Counted from the stretch's first letter, positions 28,133-41,724 are shown. The stretch is 64,000 bases of DNA from Octopus sinensis (GCF_006345805.1 NC_042997.1:47120001-47184000), one strand, 5' to 3'. The notes: a model not told the origin generated them from the letters alone. Program-made: numbers and translations.

Positions 28133-28310
28133 GGCGGTGATTTGGCAGAAGCATTACCGCGCCAAACTAAATGCTAAACGTCATATTTCCTATCTTTAGG
28201 TGCTGAGCTCAAATTCCGCCGAGACCGAATTTGCCTTTCATTCTTTCGGGGTCGATAAAACAAATACCACTCGATGTAATCGACTTGCTTCTCTCCACTA
28301 CGAAATTTCG
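28133..28310 (+). mobile_element. SINE family A
   Basis: GGCGGTGA head, CAAATTCCGCCGAG, TTTGCCTTTCATTCTTTCGGGGTCGATAAA core. Confidence 0.8.
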
Positions 28311-29341
28311 TGTGAGACAAAACAGAGGAATATACTATCTTGAAAGCTGGATGCATTAGGTTAGAAGACGCTGATAGTCGTTTAAAATGGATGAAAAGAA
28401 CATGAAAAGAATGGAACACCAATAAAAGAATGTATTTCCTATGCAGTCTATCATTGAGAAAACACTTTCTACAAGAAATATCTGAATATGATATAATGGA
28501 TTTTGTTTAATATCATTGCATTGAAGGTTAGTGATACGCTAGCAAGTTAACGATATGTTGCCATTTACAGTATTGCATTTTATTTTCCCCTCATTTTATA
28601 AGAAAAGTAGACATTGAATGGAGCTATAGTTATAGACCTAACAGTATATTAAGATTAACGAAAACGTAAGTTCTGGTTTAACCAATAGCTTACACGGGTA
28701 AAACAGAATTATTTGGCTTACCAGCGAATGAAAAATTGAATCAAAAATAGCAATATATCTGATGTTATCTTCTAATTGGAAGTAATGTTTGACCAAATAG
28801 CCATTGTGAGATTCGGAAATGAAACCGAAAATGAAATATTCTCTACATATGTGATCAGTATTTGATTGTAATTTTTACTATTTACTAATACAACTACCGA
28901 TATCATCAATACATTGCACATTGTCACGTTCACTATATATGTGAATACATTTCAATTGGAGTTTCATTTTCGAGAATTTAATAACGTGTAAACTGAAACT
29001 GGGAGACAGACTCGCTAAAAGGCAAGGTGACTGAAAACAATATTAAAAATAAAACTTATTTCAGTTATTTTTGATATAGAGGTGCGATGACTTATGCCAA
29101 CAAGCAATCGGGCAAGCATAGGCAAATCAATGGCATATAACATTTTGAAAGCTGGATGTGCAAGGTTAAGAGACGCTGGTAGTTATATAAAATGGACGGG
29201 AAAAAATATAACTATCATGCTGTTAATATATATCTTCAAATGTTATCAAGCCAGATATTTATAAAATTATTTTAGAAAAAACTTCTACACAATATTGGTT
29301 TCTATTTTCTCTTTAAAGTTATGCCTATTTTTATTACATTT

Positions 29342-29402
29342 GTATGTATGTATGTATGTATGTATGTATGTATGTATGTATGTATGTATGTATGTATGTA
29401 TG

Positions 29403-29434
<32 letters not shown>

Positions 29435-29515
29435 TGTATATATGTATATATGTTTATATATATATAGAGAGAGAGAGAGAAAGAGAGGGAGACGGAAAGA
29501 GATGCATGCGTACTT

Positions 29516-29608
<93 letters not shown>
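29342..29608. repeat. Compound microsatellite (TATG)n-(GA)n-(CA)n-(TA)n
   Basis: Direct read. Confidence 0.95.
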
Positions 29609-29609
<1 letters not shown>

Positions 29610-30701
29610 CATTGATCTCTTATCTGTAGTTCACCCGTCAGGTTTAATTCATCAAGTTCTGATTTATCAATGTAAATTCAATGAAAATCTAAATTAATCT
29701 TTTCAGGCATTGGCAACTGTATTCTTGCTCTCTTTATTCTTCATTGAATATGAGTCATTCCACATTATGAGAGGGGGGGGGTGTTGCTGCAGATAGAGTC
29801 CTTGTCTGCAGAAAACTTTGCAATATATACATTTTCTTTGGAGTTGAACAAAAATCTAAAATATCAATTTCGTTCTCTGAATAGATTTAAAATGAATATT
29901 ACGTAAGGTCCATTCTTTCTTTTATTACAGTCTTTACCGATTGCAGCCAAGAACTGAAAACAAACATTAGGTATAGAACAGATAACCTTGAAGACAATGT
30001 GGCGCATATTTAGCGAGATTTTAAGATGATTGTTTGCGAACACTAAGTCAGACATTTCTTCGAAGTCTTTGACAGAGAAATTAACATTTTATTGTTTCCC
30101 TCTCAATCACTCAACATCTTGTATTTTCCTTTCTCTCTTTCGTTCTTTGCTGGTTTGTTTATTTGACACAATCAGCATCTAAAACAGGCTGAACAGAAAG
30201 TGACATATTTGTTTTATTTTTCTCAGCCATACCGGGTCTTTTCGCTTTTACTATTTTATTTATATTGTTTTTTTTTCTTTCGCTTCTAAATTTTGATTTG
30301 GTAAACTGAAAATACTGAGATTTCATTATATTTGCCAGCGATATACCATGGAAACGGTGTTGGTGCACTAAGACAACTTCAGGCAAAAGTTCGATACTCC
30401 AACAACTCAGCGTTTCACAGCTTCTAAAACCTCGAGTCTTTGAATTTCAAACATGACTCACACGCATTAACACTAATATTGATCATATCACGAATAATCC
30501 CCTACGCACACAGTCAAACAGCCTATTTGAATTGGCAGCCAAATCTATTTCAAAGCACATCCTACTTTATCTAAAAGAAAAATTGGAGGAGACATTCGAA
30601 ACTATGCTTCTAAATGTACAAAAGCTGAAAGACACAGGATGGTCATATGTGAGACGGACTTTGGTCATCGATTGAGTCTGACTTGGCTTAAATAACAGTG
30701 G

Positions 30702-31046
30702 TGGAAGCACTCCGTCGGTTACGACGATGAGGGTTCCGGCTGATCCGAATTAACGGAACAGCCTGCTCGTGAAATTAACGTGTAAGTGGCTGGGCACTCC
30801 ACAGACACGTGTACCCTTAACGTAGTTCTCGGGGATATTCAGCGTGACACAGAGAGTGACAAGGCCGGCCCCTTGAAATACAGGTACAACAGAAACAGGA
30901 AGTAAGAGTATCACCACCATCCCCTTCCGGAGCCTCGTGGAGCTTTAAGGTGTTTTCGCTCAATAAACACTCACAACGCCCGGTCTGGGAATCGAAACCG
31001 CGATTTTATGACCGCGAGTCCGCTGCCCTAACCACTGGGCCATTGC
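30702..31046 (-). mobile_element. SINE family B
   Basis: Near-identical to 52253-52636 apart from a short internal deletion and a few missing 5' bases. Confidence 0.92.
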
Positions 31047-31888
31047 AACAACAACACCTAATATCATGATGTACAACAAAAAGGAAACCAAATAAATTCA
31101 TCTACGAGCAAAAATAAATGAAGTTAGCTCTGTAGACTTAATGATATTCCAATAGATAAAAAGTGATAATTTGTTTACAATTACGTTCACTACATTCCTG
31201 ACAAATAAAATTATCTTCTGAATCGGATCAAATTATTTGAGAGTTACATAGAAGAGAAACCCACAGAAATTAAAATAAATTAAAAATTGCTATTACCATG
31301 GTCAGTAGAGATTTGATTACTCAGTGGATAGTTCACAGATAATTCAGTTTAATTTATTGTTTCCATATGGTTAATTTCCGCACAGAGAAAAAGGGTTGTG
31401 AAACAGAATGTAATCGAGTAAGACATTTCAAATGATACTTATTGCTTGTGCGTGATGAACTTTCGCAAAAGAGGCAATGCGAACACTAGCGATCACTTAG
31501 AGACATATCATTATCTCGTTGCACTCTCCGTGAACATAAGATAATTTGAAATACTACGCTGCAATAAAAAATAATTTCCTAATAACAGAGCGAACTTGCT
31601 TTTATTTATTTATTTATCTATTTATTTATTTATTTATTTATTTATTTATTTTTCAGTGGTGAAGTGTAGTTAAACACAGCATCTGTTTGCATCTAAGTAG
31701 GTGTCTAGACCGTAATGAAGAATTTGATTTAACGAGAATTTCTGCTGCTCGTTTCAATACGAGATCAGAGTATCTTGGTTGGAAGCGCTGCGCTGTGTCA
31801 ATAACCATTTTTTAACTGCTGATGACTCAGTTCACCTAGCTGATTAAAACAAATAATTAAAATCATCTCTCCCTAGAGTATAATATTT

Positions 31889-32297
31889 TCTTTTATTCTT
31901 TTACTTCTTTCAGTCACTTGACTGCAGCCATACTGGAGCAACGCCTTGAAGGCTTTTGGTTGAACAAATCGGACCCAAAACTTCATTTTATTTTCTAAGC
32001 CTAGTACTTATGCTATCGGTTCTTTTACCGAACCGCTAATTTACGAGAACGTAAACACACCAACACCAGTTGTCAAGCGGTGATGGGATGGACAAATACA
32101 GACACAAAAACACACAAAGATACACACACACACACACACACACACACCACACACACACACACACACACATACATACATATACATACATACATACATACAT
32201 ACATACATACATACATACATACATACAATGAGCTGCTTTCAGTTTCCACCTACGGAATCCACTCACAAGACCTTTGGTCAATCCGACGCTATAGTAG
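31889..32297 (-). mobile_element. SINE family C with expanded internal (CA)n/(TACA)n
   Basis: Tail and body match 61065-61390; head absent. Confidence 0.8.
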
Positions 32298-32413
32298 TAT
32301 ATAAAACATTGTTTTATTATGTTTTCAAAATCCCCACTATTACCGCAGAGTCGAAGCAATATGTTTATTATTAAGTACTTTACAAAAATGTGGGGGGTCA
32401 AGATAAAATATTC

Positions 32414-32542
32414 ATTTCTACTAAAGGCACAAGGCTTGAGATTTCGGGGGAGGGGCTAGGTCGATTACATTGATCCCTAGTACTAATTTGGTACTCGATT
32501 TCTCGATCCCACAAGGGTGAAAGCCAAAGTCGACCTCAGCGG
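32414..32542 (-). mobile_element. SINE family A, 3' portion
   Basis: GTCGATTACATTGATCCC and TGAAAGCCAAAGTCGACCTC match the family A core. Confidence 0.75.
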
Positions 32543-33741
32543 GTGGTCAAGATAAACTATTAAGACAGTAATGTTAGCTAAAAGTGTCCGCCCAGCTGAG
32601 TTTTTTACAGAAGCATACCACAAAGATTTATTCAATATTTAACCATACATACAATATCTGATGCTTAAGTATGTGAAATATTTATAATTAGTGTATTAGT
32701 AGGTTTCTTTTTTCAATTGCTCTTATTGTTGTTAACGTTATCATCCATGATACTATTATGCTAATCAAATATATTAATTACATTGACTAGACAGAAAAAA
32801 AACTAATGACAATGTTTTAAATACACTACTCAAAAGCTGACGTAAAAAGATTATATTTACCACAAATTGTATCGCAGTTATTTTCTTTTTATATTTCATT
32901 CGAAAATCTTGTAGTAGCTTTATTTTCTAGAATGAATGAGTCGCTTAAATATACATATGAAATAGAAACATTCCTCGGGCATCTAATTTAATCGCGTTCA
33001 TTGTGGACATGAATGGTCATAGAAATATCCATGTTTTATAAGCGTGTTTAAAGTTAATGTGTGTGGTTAATATTAACAATTATATTTAATGCTAATAAAA
33101 ATGTGAAAGGTTATAAATGCTGTGCTGAAAATGCCCTGATAATACTTACAGGTTCTTGCATAACTTTTTAAATTGAATATTTCTCTATCTATCCTTAGAG
33201 GGAATTTTAAATATACTTATACATACAGTGGGATATTACTCCAGTTTTATGCCAATTGCAAATGAGACGATAAGCATATCATATTATAGTCATTTAGTTT
33301 AATAAATTATTGTCTTTTGGGTCATGGAGAATATTAGAATTTGTTATTGTTATCTAGAGTTTTGTCTATATTTTAAACTTGCATAGTATTTTATGCTGTC
33401 ATTTTAAAGAAGGATGTTCTTCTTGGGTAGATGAAACTGCTTACACATATAGAACAGTATATTTTCCGCAGTTAAAGTGAAACAACTTCATACAATGAGT
33501 TAGGCTGTCCCAGGAAATATCATATGGTCGACATGTGACATGAATGTTGAAGGCCTTTTAAACATACTTTTCTTTATATCAGGTGAGAGTTGCATGCTCT
33601 TCTATCAAAGTAACAAAATATTAGAAATTGCTTTAGACATCGAACGGTTAAATTTTGAAACTGAAGCAGTAGCAAAAACAGACATAGAAAATGCATAGAG
33701 CTGGAATGTCATCATGAAGCAAAATGGTGCACTTCATATAA

Positions 33742-34935
33742 ATTGGTGACGCGCATCCTCGATGATAGTGATGCTGTTGACATCGTTTTATTGGACTTTG
33801 CCAAAGCTTTTGACTCGGTAAACCACCGCCTACTACTTGTCAAGCTTCAAGCATATAGTTTCCATCCGGATATTGTACGATGGGTTGGTGCCTTCCTCTC
33901 AGATCGCTCCTTCCAAGTTCAAGTTAATGGTTCGCGGTCCGACGTCTCCAGTGCGAGCAGTGGCGTGCCTCAAGGTTCAGTGCTTGGGCCCTTGTTGTTC
34001 TTAGTCTTCATAAATGACTTGCCCGACGACCTCACGCAACACACCCTTCTATTTGCCGACGATATCAAACTGGTCGCTCCTCGCGGTAGTATAGAGGATC
34101 TTCGTCGATGCCTCCACCAAATTTGGAAGTGGTCTAACGATTGGGACCTGTGTCTGAACGTGTCAAAGTGCTGTCATCTGCCTGTCGGCTCTACTCCTGC
34201 AACTCAACTTGATTTCGAGCCGGGTCGTCTGCTGCTGGAGAGGACCGATCAGGTAAAGGACCTGGGTATCTTGGTGGATTCCTCCTTTTCGCCTTCGGCC
34301 CAGTGCGTCCATGCTGCCAACAAAGCGCGCGGAATTCTGTTTTTGATTCGACGGTCATTCGGAATGCTCACAGCAGCCATATTCCTGCCACTCTATGTCA
34401 CGCTGGTGAGACCCATATTGGAGTATGGGATTCAAGCCTCTTCTCCTTATCTCCTCAAAGACATACAGCACCTCGAAAGAGTCCAGAGGCTGGCTACCCG
34501 CCTGGTTCATGGTCTCAAAAATTTGTCCTACGAAGAAAGGCTGAGGACGCTCGACCTTTATTCTCTTGAAAAACGCCGCCGCCGTGGTGATCTCATTCTC
34601 GCCCACAACATCATAAGCGGGAAGTGTAACCTCTCGAAAGAGCTGTTCTTCACTCCTGCTCCGGAGCGTCGGCTGCGGGGTCATTCCGAAAAGCTCTACC
34701 TGCGACGATTTCATCTCAATCGAAGGAGAGGAGCTTTCTCCGTCCGGGTTGCGGATCCGTGGAACAAGCTGCCAGACGAGATGGTGAAGATGCCGACGAC
34801 CGCTTTGTTCAAAGCCTCCCTGGACCTCAAGTGGCCTGAACTCTTTACATGAACACCACCCTGTACTTAACTCCATGTCCCCCTACATGGCCTTGCTATT
34901 TGCTTTTGAGCCAAATTAACTAACTAACTAACTAA
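33742..34935 (+). mobile_element. Young 5'-truncated CR1-type LINE with an uninterrupted RT C-terminal reading frame
   Basis: 369-codon open frame 33743-34852 (LDFAKAFDSV, SGVPQGSVLGPLLF, FADDIKL, VRPILEY, LRGH); (AACT)n tail; 7-bp direct repeat CATATAA at 33735-33741 and 34936-34942. Confidence 0.95.
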
Positions 34936-35084
34936 CATATAAGGAGCATTTACCTGAAATTCATTCTACACACACACACACGCACACACTCACACGCGCG
35001 CACACACACACGCACGCACACACACACGCACACGCACACACACGCTCACACACACGCACACACACACACACGCACACACACACG

Positions 35085-35122
<38 letters not shown>

Positions 35123-35142
35123 TACACACATTTACGTATGTA

Positions 35143-36396
35143 CAGGGGTTGGACAAAATAATGGAAACACCTAGCATCATAGCAGCATAATTTTGGAATA
35201 TCTATAAAGCCGCCAAAAACTTATTTTTATGTTTTTTTATTTATTATTAGTGTTGCCTAACATGTTTTGCTAAAATTGCCGTTTATTTTCAGACATCATC
35301 AGAAAAAAGGTAATTAAAATTCATTAAGATTATAGATCTATCGAACTTTCAAAGTAGTCAAATTGTTGGTGCTCGTATGGCAGGTGCTACAGTAATGAAA
35401 ACGGCCGAAATGCTTTGTGTATCAAGGAGTACTGTCCCGAAAGTAATGACAGCATGTGAGAAAGAAGTAAAAGCCTCCTCGTCGAAACGAAACTCCGGAA
35501 GAAAACCAAAGCTTTCAGATAGGGACTGTCGGAATCTTACGCGAATTGTTAGAATGGATCACAAAAGTACAGCTCTCCAAATTACTGTAGAGATTTATGA
35601 CCACCTCGAGAAACCAGTTTTCACAAAATCTCTTGGCCGGGAGCTGCACAAAGCCGGATTTCACGGGGCTGCAATCAGAAAAAAGCTATTTTCAAAAACA
35701 ATCGTTGCAAAGCGTTTAGAGTGGAGTAAAAGCCTACAGAATTGGTCCCTAGAGCAGTGAAAGAATGTTTTCTCGGATGAGTCATCCTTTACCTTATATC
35801 CGATCAACTGCCGAGTATATGTGTGGAGACAGCCAAAAGAAGCATTTAACCCACACCGCCTTCTTCCAACTGTTAAACATGGAGGAGGATCTGTGATGAT
35901 CGGGGGTGGGGGGCTATATCTTGGAAATCCGCCAGCCCAATGGCTTTTCTTCATTGCAGAATTAATAGTCAAGATTATTTAAGCATTTTATCTAATCAAA
36001 TTCATCCTATTATTGCGGAACTGTTTCCGGAGGGAAACGCAATCTTTCAGGATGATAATGCACCAATTCATACAGCCAAAGTTGTTACTGAATGGCACGA
36101 GAAACATTCTAGTAAAGTTGAACATCTTATCTGGCCACCACAGTCCCCAGATCTCAATATTATTGAACATTTGTGGTACATTTTAGAAAAACAAGTAAGG
36201 AGTCGATATCCTCCACCATCATCACTACAAGAACTGGAGACTGTTTGAGCTAAAGTATGGACAAAAATTCCTTTGGAAACAATTCAAACAATTCATAACT
36301 CGTAGACTTCAAGCTGTAATTACTGCCAGAGGCGGTCCTACGCCATATTGAAATGATTTGTTTGAAAGGTGTTTCCATTATTTTGTTCAACCTCTA
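35143..36396 (+). mobile_element. Full-length Tc1-like DNA transposon, DD36E spacing, inactivated transposase
   Basis: 30-bp TIRs (35143-35172 and 36367-36396, 27/30 match), TA on the left; HTH region with GRKPK, FSDES, FQDDNAPIH, WPPQSPDLNIIEHLW; premature stop at 35758-35760 and a frameshift near 35900-35940. Confidence 0.93.
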
Positions 36397-36865
36397 TGTT
36401 AATATATTACAATAGAAAAAAAAAACACTTCAGAGCACTAATATATCTTATCCAAGGAGATATACAGTATATAACAGCAATATCAAGTGGACGTTAGGTG
36501 CTTTGTATTATGACCAATGCCATTCCCGCAAAAAAATGCTTACGGGTAGGTTTCAGTGCATTCGTCTTGAAACGAACTTGGGGAAACCTGGCGGAGTCGT
36601 GGAGTGCGTTTGAATAAATTTGGCTGGAGTATTTTCATCTTTCTGCGGATATGTAACCTGGTTTCTGGATAATCTTTCTTTCATGATGATACGTTGCTTC
36701 AATTATAGTATTTGTATACTCATATATTCTGTGTTTATTAATCGATATTCTATTTTATATGTTCACTATATAACGCTCATACCTATACTACTTTTATGTA
36801 TCTCTGTTTAATACATCCACACACATTCTATTCTATTGTACATATGAGTCTTCAGAGACAAGTGA

Positions 36866-37008
36866 GAAAATGTTTAGCGGCATTTCTGACTCGGCACTTT
36901 ACAATTTTGTCAAATTCCTTCGATGTCAGCTTTGATTTTTCCCCTTTCTGGGTCCATAAAATAAGTACCAGTGAGCATCGGGATCGAGGTGATCGACTAA
37001 CTCCCTTT
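36866..37008 (+). mobile_element. SINE family A, degenerate
   Basis: AAATGTTTAGCGGCATTTC, ATAAAATAAGTACCAG, GATCGACTAACTCCC. Confidence 0.65.
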
Positions 37009-37009
37009 G

Positions 37010-37555
37010 AGTGTTTCTCCGTTTCTTTTAGAGATACATTGTTATCTGTTGATATTGATAAATCGATTAGAAGGTATTTTTCTTGATGATCTCTGACAAC
37101 TCTCTCCGGTCTATTAACCTTTATTTCTCAATCTATGTGTATTGGTATAACTCAGAGTATGGTTGCTTTTTCCTTTTCTGAGACCTTTTCTTGGGTGTGC
37201 CTATATCACCTTTTCTCTGCTGTCATTCTATAGTATTGGCATAGATTTCAGTATATATAGGTCCCAAACCTCTCATGTCTGTGAATATATTCCTACTTAG
37301 TCAGGAATAGGTAGCCAGAGACAATATGATCTATTATTTCTTCTCCATCACCACATATTCTACAGTTTCTTGTATTTTTTTTCTTTTTCATTATGAGTTT
37401 TGATGATTTCTGGTGGGAACGCTTTGATCTTGTGATGTAATTAAAACTCCTTCCGGCTCTGCTTCGAGTCCTGAGCTTCTTAACCATCGTTGGGTTTTTA
37501 TTTTGTCCATTTCTTTTCTGTTTAGTTTAATCCAATATTTGCCATGTAAGGGCTA
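37010..37555 (-). mobile_element. RLE-type LINE zinc-knuckle fragment
   Basis: LHGKY..CRICGDGEEIIDHIVSG..EYIHRHE (ORF 37293-37487 and flanks). Confidence 0.75.
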
Positions 37556-37559
37556 AATC

Positions 37560-39110
37560 TCACTCTCTCTTAGACCCCTCAAAAGTGAGAAGCTGTTTCT
37601 GGTCCCCTTCTACTGTGGCTAGAGACTGGCCGAAATAATCATACAAAATGTGCCGCTAGAAATCACTATTCCTTAGCTAATTGCTGCAGTAACAATAGGT
37701 ACGGAGGAAAATTCTATCAGACCAAAAAGCAGAACTGGTCCGAGATGGCGATAGTTTTCAACCAAACAAGCCCTCAAAAATGTGGATTTTATCCCAGACC
37801 AGATCTATCTTTCTGGAAGGCAGTATTATTCAAGTCAGAGTAGATGGAAGGAAAGTAAAGTGCCACATTTGCTTTTCAACCATTCATCTAAAGCCTTCTG
37901 CCCTAGATTGAGAAGGAAAAAGAGAGCCTGGCATCTCTCCTCCCAACACCAACAACAGCCACCAGAACTCGAGCGATAACAGTAGCAGCACCATCAGCAT
38001 CAGCATCAGCATATTCAGCCGCGGCAGCATGAATTCCAGCCATACCGACACTGAGTTCCTCCAAACACTTTTCAGCGCCTGAAGATGTTTCCCTTCCAGA
38101 TGCCGAACGAGCGGACATAACATCTGGAAAGTCGGATCGCGATGAGGAGTGGAAGACAAAGAAAATAACAAAAAAAAAAGACAGAAAGAAAAACACAATT
38201 CTATGGACGAACAGCAACAATCCTCATCTACACAAGCAGCAGCGAGGGAAAAGGAAGGCAACAAAAATAAAAGCACCAAAAACAGATACTACATCGCCAC
38301 CACTACCGCAAACACCTGAAACACTACCTCAACCAACAACACCACAAACACAACCCATCACCCACATAACAACCACCACAACAACAATCACAACCACAAC
38401 AACAATAGTAATAAGAGTAGAAACAACAAACACAAAGTAAAGAGACTAGCATTACAAACAACATGGCAATAACCACAAAAAACCAAGATTTGATGAATTA
38501 CATAAAAACAAACACAAACATAACACCAACAGATTTTGTTGCACCCACAACTCCCTACCTCCACATATACAAATTGTTCAAACAACACGGAATACATACG
38601 CACACTTAAAAACCCAATTCCCACAGGAAGTCGGAGATTTTCGAGGGAATATCATCTAGAGAATTCTTGGTGATTTGTGGTCCCTTTAGCTGAGCTGCAG
38701 TCCTGGAGGGGGCATCTAGAACGTGGAATGTCTTCAAGCGCTCATAACCTTCAGCCAGTGGAACGTCCACTCGAAAATTCTATAGAGGTTTAGTGGAGGG
38801 AAAGTGCGACGACATTCTTGGAGAGACCTTGGGCGTCGAAGATCAGTTAGCCGCTCTTTTCCGGAGAACCTTCGGCCCGGGACCAATGGATAACTTTCAA
38901 AAACCTCTGGCCTTGTAGTGCTACCGGGGAGATTTGCCTATTCGAGAAGAACTACACAAGCACAGAAGTACCGTCAGCTGAGCATGTCCGAGATGCTCGC
39001 AACTTGAAAAGAAAAATAAGGGTAGAGAGGGATGGGTTGCCTTTTAGCCAGTTTGCTGAACGGTGGATGAAAGTGATGGGAATAGTGCAAGTGAATGGGC
39101 CTGGTAGTGG
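37560..39110 (+). mobile_element. Internally deleted L1/Tx1-like LINE (ORF1 knuckle plus ORF2 C-terminus)
   Basis: NVPLEI.., VRVDGRKVKCHICFSTIHLK..C (CCHC knuckle, ~37830-37902); FGPGPMDNFQK..CYRGDLPIRE..CPRC (~38870-38998); low-complexity ACC/AAC spacer between. Confidence 0.6.
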
Positions 39111-39161
39111 TTGTAGTAGTAGAAGTAAAGTGATTAAGTTGTTCCGACGGTAGCCATACTA

Positions 39162-39316
39162 TTTTACTCTTTTACTCGTTTCAGTCATTTGACTGTGGCC
39201 TTTAGTCGAGCAAATCGACCCCAGGACTTATTCTTTGCAAGGCTAGTATTTATTCTATCGCTCTCTTTTGCCGAACCGCTAAGTTACTGGTACTTAAACA
39301 CATCAGTATCAGTTGT

Positions 39317-39356
<40 letters not shown>

Positions 39357-39567
39357 ACACACACATATATATATATATATATAATATATATATATATATA
39401 TACACGACGGGATTCTTTGAGTTTCCGTGTACCAAATCTACTCACAAGGCTTAGGTCGGCCCGAGGCTATTGTAGAAGACACTTGCCCAAGGTGCCACGC
39501 AGTGGGACTAAACCCGGAACCATGTGGTTGGTAAACAAGCTACTTACCACGCAGCCACTCCTACGCC
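39162..39567 (-). mobile_element. SINE family C, near full length
   Basis: Head CCACGCAGCCACTCCTACGCC, ACACTTGCCCAAGGTGCC core and CTCTTTTACT tail on the + strand. Confidence 0.9.
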
Positions 39568-40395
39568 CAATAGTAGGAAAAGTAATAGCAAGTGTAGCTC
39601 TAGTTGATGGTTATTGTTCTCTCCAACTTGGAACTTCATTCAGCAAAAAGCTACAACCAAAGGCATTCCAACGCTGAACATTCCACTGTTCTTTCTTCTT
39701 TTTTCTTTTCTTTCACCAGGTACAATGTACTTTAATCTACACAAACCAAATTGCCATTCATTCTCTTTTTGAAACAACAGGCGCTGATTTGAATAAAAAA
39801 TTTGGTTGCTATCTCTAACAAGTGTACTGTCCACGTTGCTGGTAATTTTTGTTATAGTTATTTTTATATTATTTTTATTTATTTTTTTCTTCTAATGGTA
39901 AGAGTGGGATACTCGTTGGTGTCTTTAGTATCGGTGATAATATTCCGTGCCAAAGTCTGCTATATTTAATCGTCGAATGAAGTGGAATCATTGACGTCAT
40001 GTTCCGTGTAAACATGACTAAACCATTAACTAGATAACAAAACGCCAATCAAAATACGTGGATCTGTTGTAATGTAGAAGGCTGAAGTTTTATGTGAAAG
40101 GAAGTTGTGTGATGTGGCGGTCTATGAACTGTTGCGCACTATGTGAGTTGAAGCGACGAGTGTGGTTGGCGCTGGTTGGCGCTGGGCTTATCACAATTTA
40201 ACCATACTGGAAATAAATCAAATTACAATTTCACGTTTCTTTCCTATTTTTTTTTTCTATTTTGTATGCTGGCTTCTTTCCTTCCTTCTTTCTTTCTTTC
40301 TTTCTTTCTTTCCTTTTTATTGTTTATTTTTTAGTATGTTTGTGTGATATTTTATTTTATTTGAAAAGTTTATTTCGTCTGTGTGGCAGCATCAC

Positions 40396-40471
40396 GATGA
40401 CGACGATGATGATGATGATAATGATGATGATGATATTTATCATCATCATCATCGTCGTCATCATCATCACC

Positions 40472-40507
<36 letters not shown>
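40396..40507. repeat. Abutting (GAT)n and (ATC)n tracts forming an inverted repeat
   Basis: GAT run 40396-40434, ATTT spacer, ATC run 40439-40507. Confidence 0.9.
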
Positions 40508-40510
<3 letters not shown>

Positions 40511-40677
40511 TTCCCACGTCTTTTCCAGTTTTATTTTTCCTACCTCATATTGACAATCAGCACCGCCATAAAACTCCCGCCAAACCTCTCCCGTCACCCT
40601 CCGCTTACTCCGCCTTTTCCTCTTTATTTCCCAACATTCCGGACATTTCATTCCATACTTGTGTTGCAATCATCATT

Positions 40678-40709
<32 letters not shown>

Positions 40710-40958
40710 TGTTGCATAGCAATATGATAATAATTATGTTGGCAGAATTGTTAGCGTTGATGCTATTGTTGTTTTTGCTGTTGTTTTTGCTGGTAGTGGT
40801 GGCGGTCATAGTCACGACGCCGACGATGCCGACGGCGATGATGATGACATAGTTAATGAGTGTTGTGATAGATACATTCGTTCGCGTTAATTATTATTAC
40901 TTATGACGACGAAATAGATAGTATTGGTGTTTTTGATGACGATGATGATGACGACGAC

Positions 40959-41001
<43 letters not shown>

Positions 41002-41014
41002 CAATATTTAATCT

Positions 41015-41180
41015 ATGGTCGTCCACCTTTACGTTCTCAGTTTAAATGCTGCCGGGTTCGACTTTGCCGTTTATCCCTTAGGTATCGACAAAATAAGTAC
41101 AAGTTAAGCACTGGGATCGATGTAATCGATTTCTCCCTTCACCCGAAATTGCTGGCCTTGTGCCAAAATTCGGAATCAAT
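41015..41180 (+). mobile_element. SINE family A, degenerate
   Basis: TTTACGTTCTCAG..TCGACTTTGCC..AATAAGTAC..GATGTAATCGA..GGCCTTGTGCCAAAATT. Confidence 0.7.
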
Positions 41181-41724
41181 ATTTAATCTATGGGGTATCT
41201 ATTAATAGTCTGGACAGGTCGTACCCTCTCCAATACCTGATCTATTGTTCTAATCCTGTTCTTTTCGTTTAACCACAGGACCATGATAATGGAGCTGACC
41301 GACTATTTATCAAAGTCACTCTAGTCTTAACAATTCAGCCTCTGTACATAAGGATTAATTGTCCCATGTATATTTTTATACATAAAATATTAAGGGATAG
41401 TTATAGAAAGATTTGGTTGCTATTTCTAGCATGTCACCAGTAGACTTGTACGTGTACAGTGGAAGCATCAATGGTTATTGTTTTGTTGTCTTTATCGTCC
41501 TTGCATAGTGATTGGGAGCTCATAGCTTTTTTCTTACATCGTTATCATAACGATGTAAGAAATTTTAAAAGCTGAACGCGAAACCGGTCATTTCTTCTAA
41601 AGTATGTCATTGTAAGAAAAAAATTGATAACATTCTTCAGACATATTGACTCAAATATATATTTTTTAACCTTTTAAAACAAGCCTTCTGTAGTTTTTTC
41701 ACTATATATATATGTGTGTGTGTG

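Noticed and set aside
34355-34876. 173-aa antisense ORF, and 57774-58409 on the + strand
   Set aside because: These are shadow frames opposite GC-rich retroelement coding sequence.
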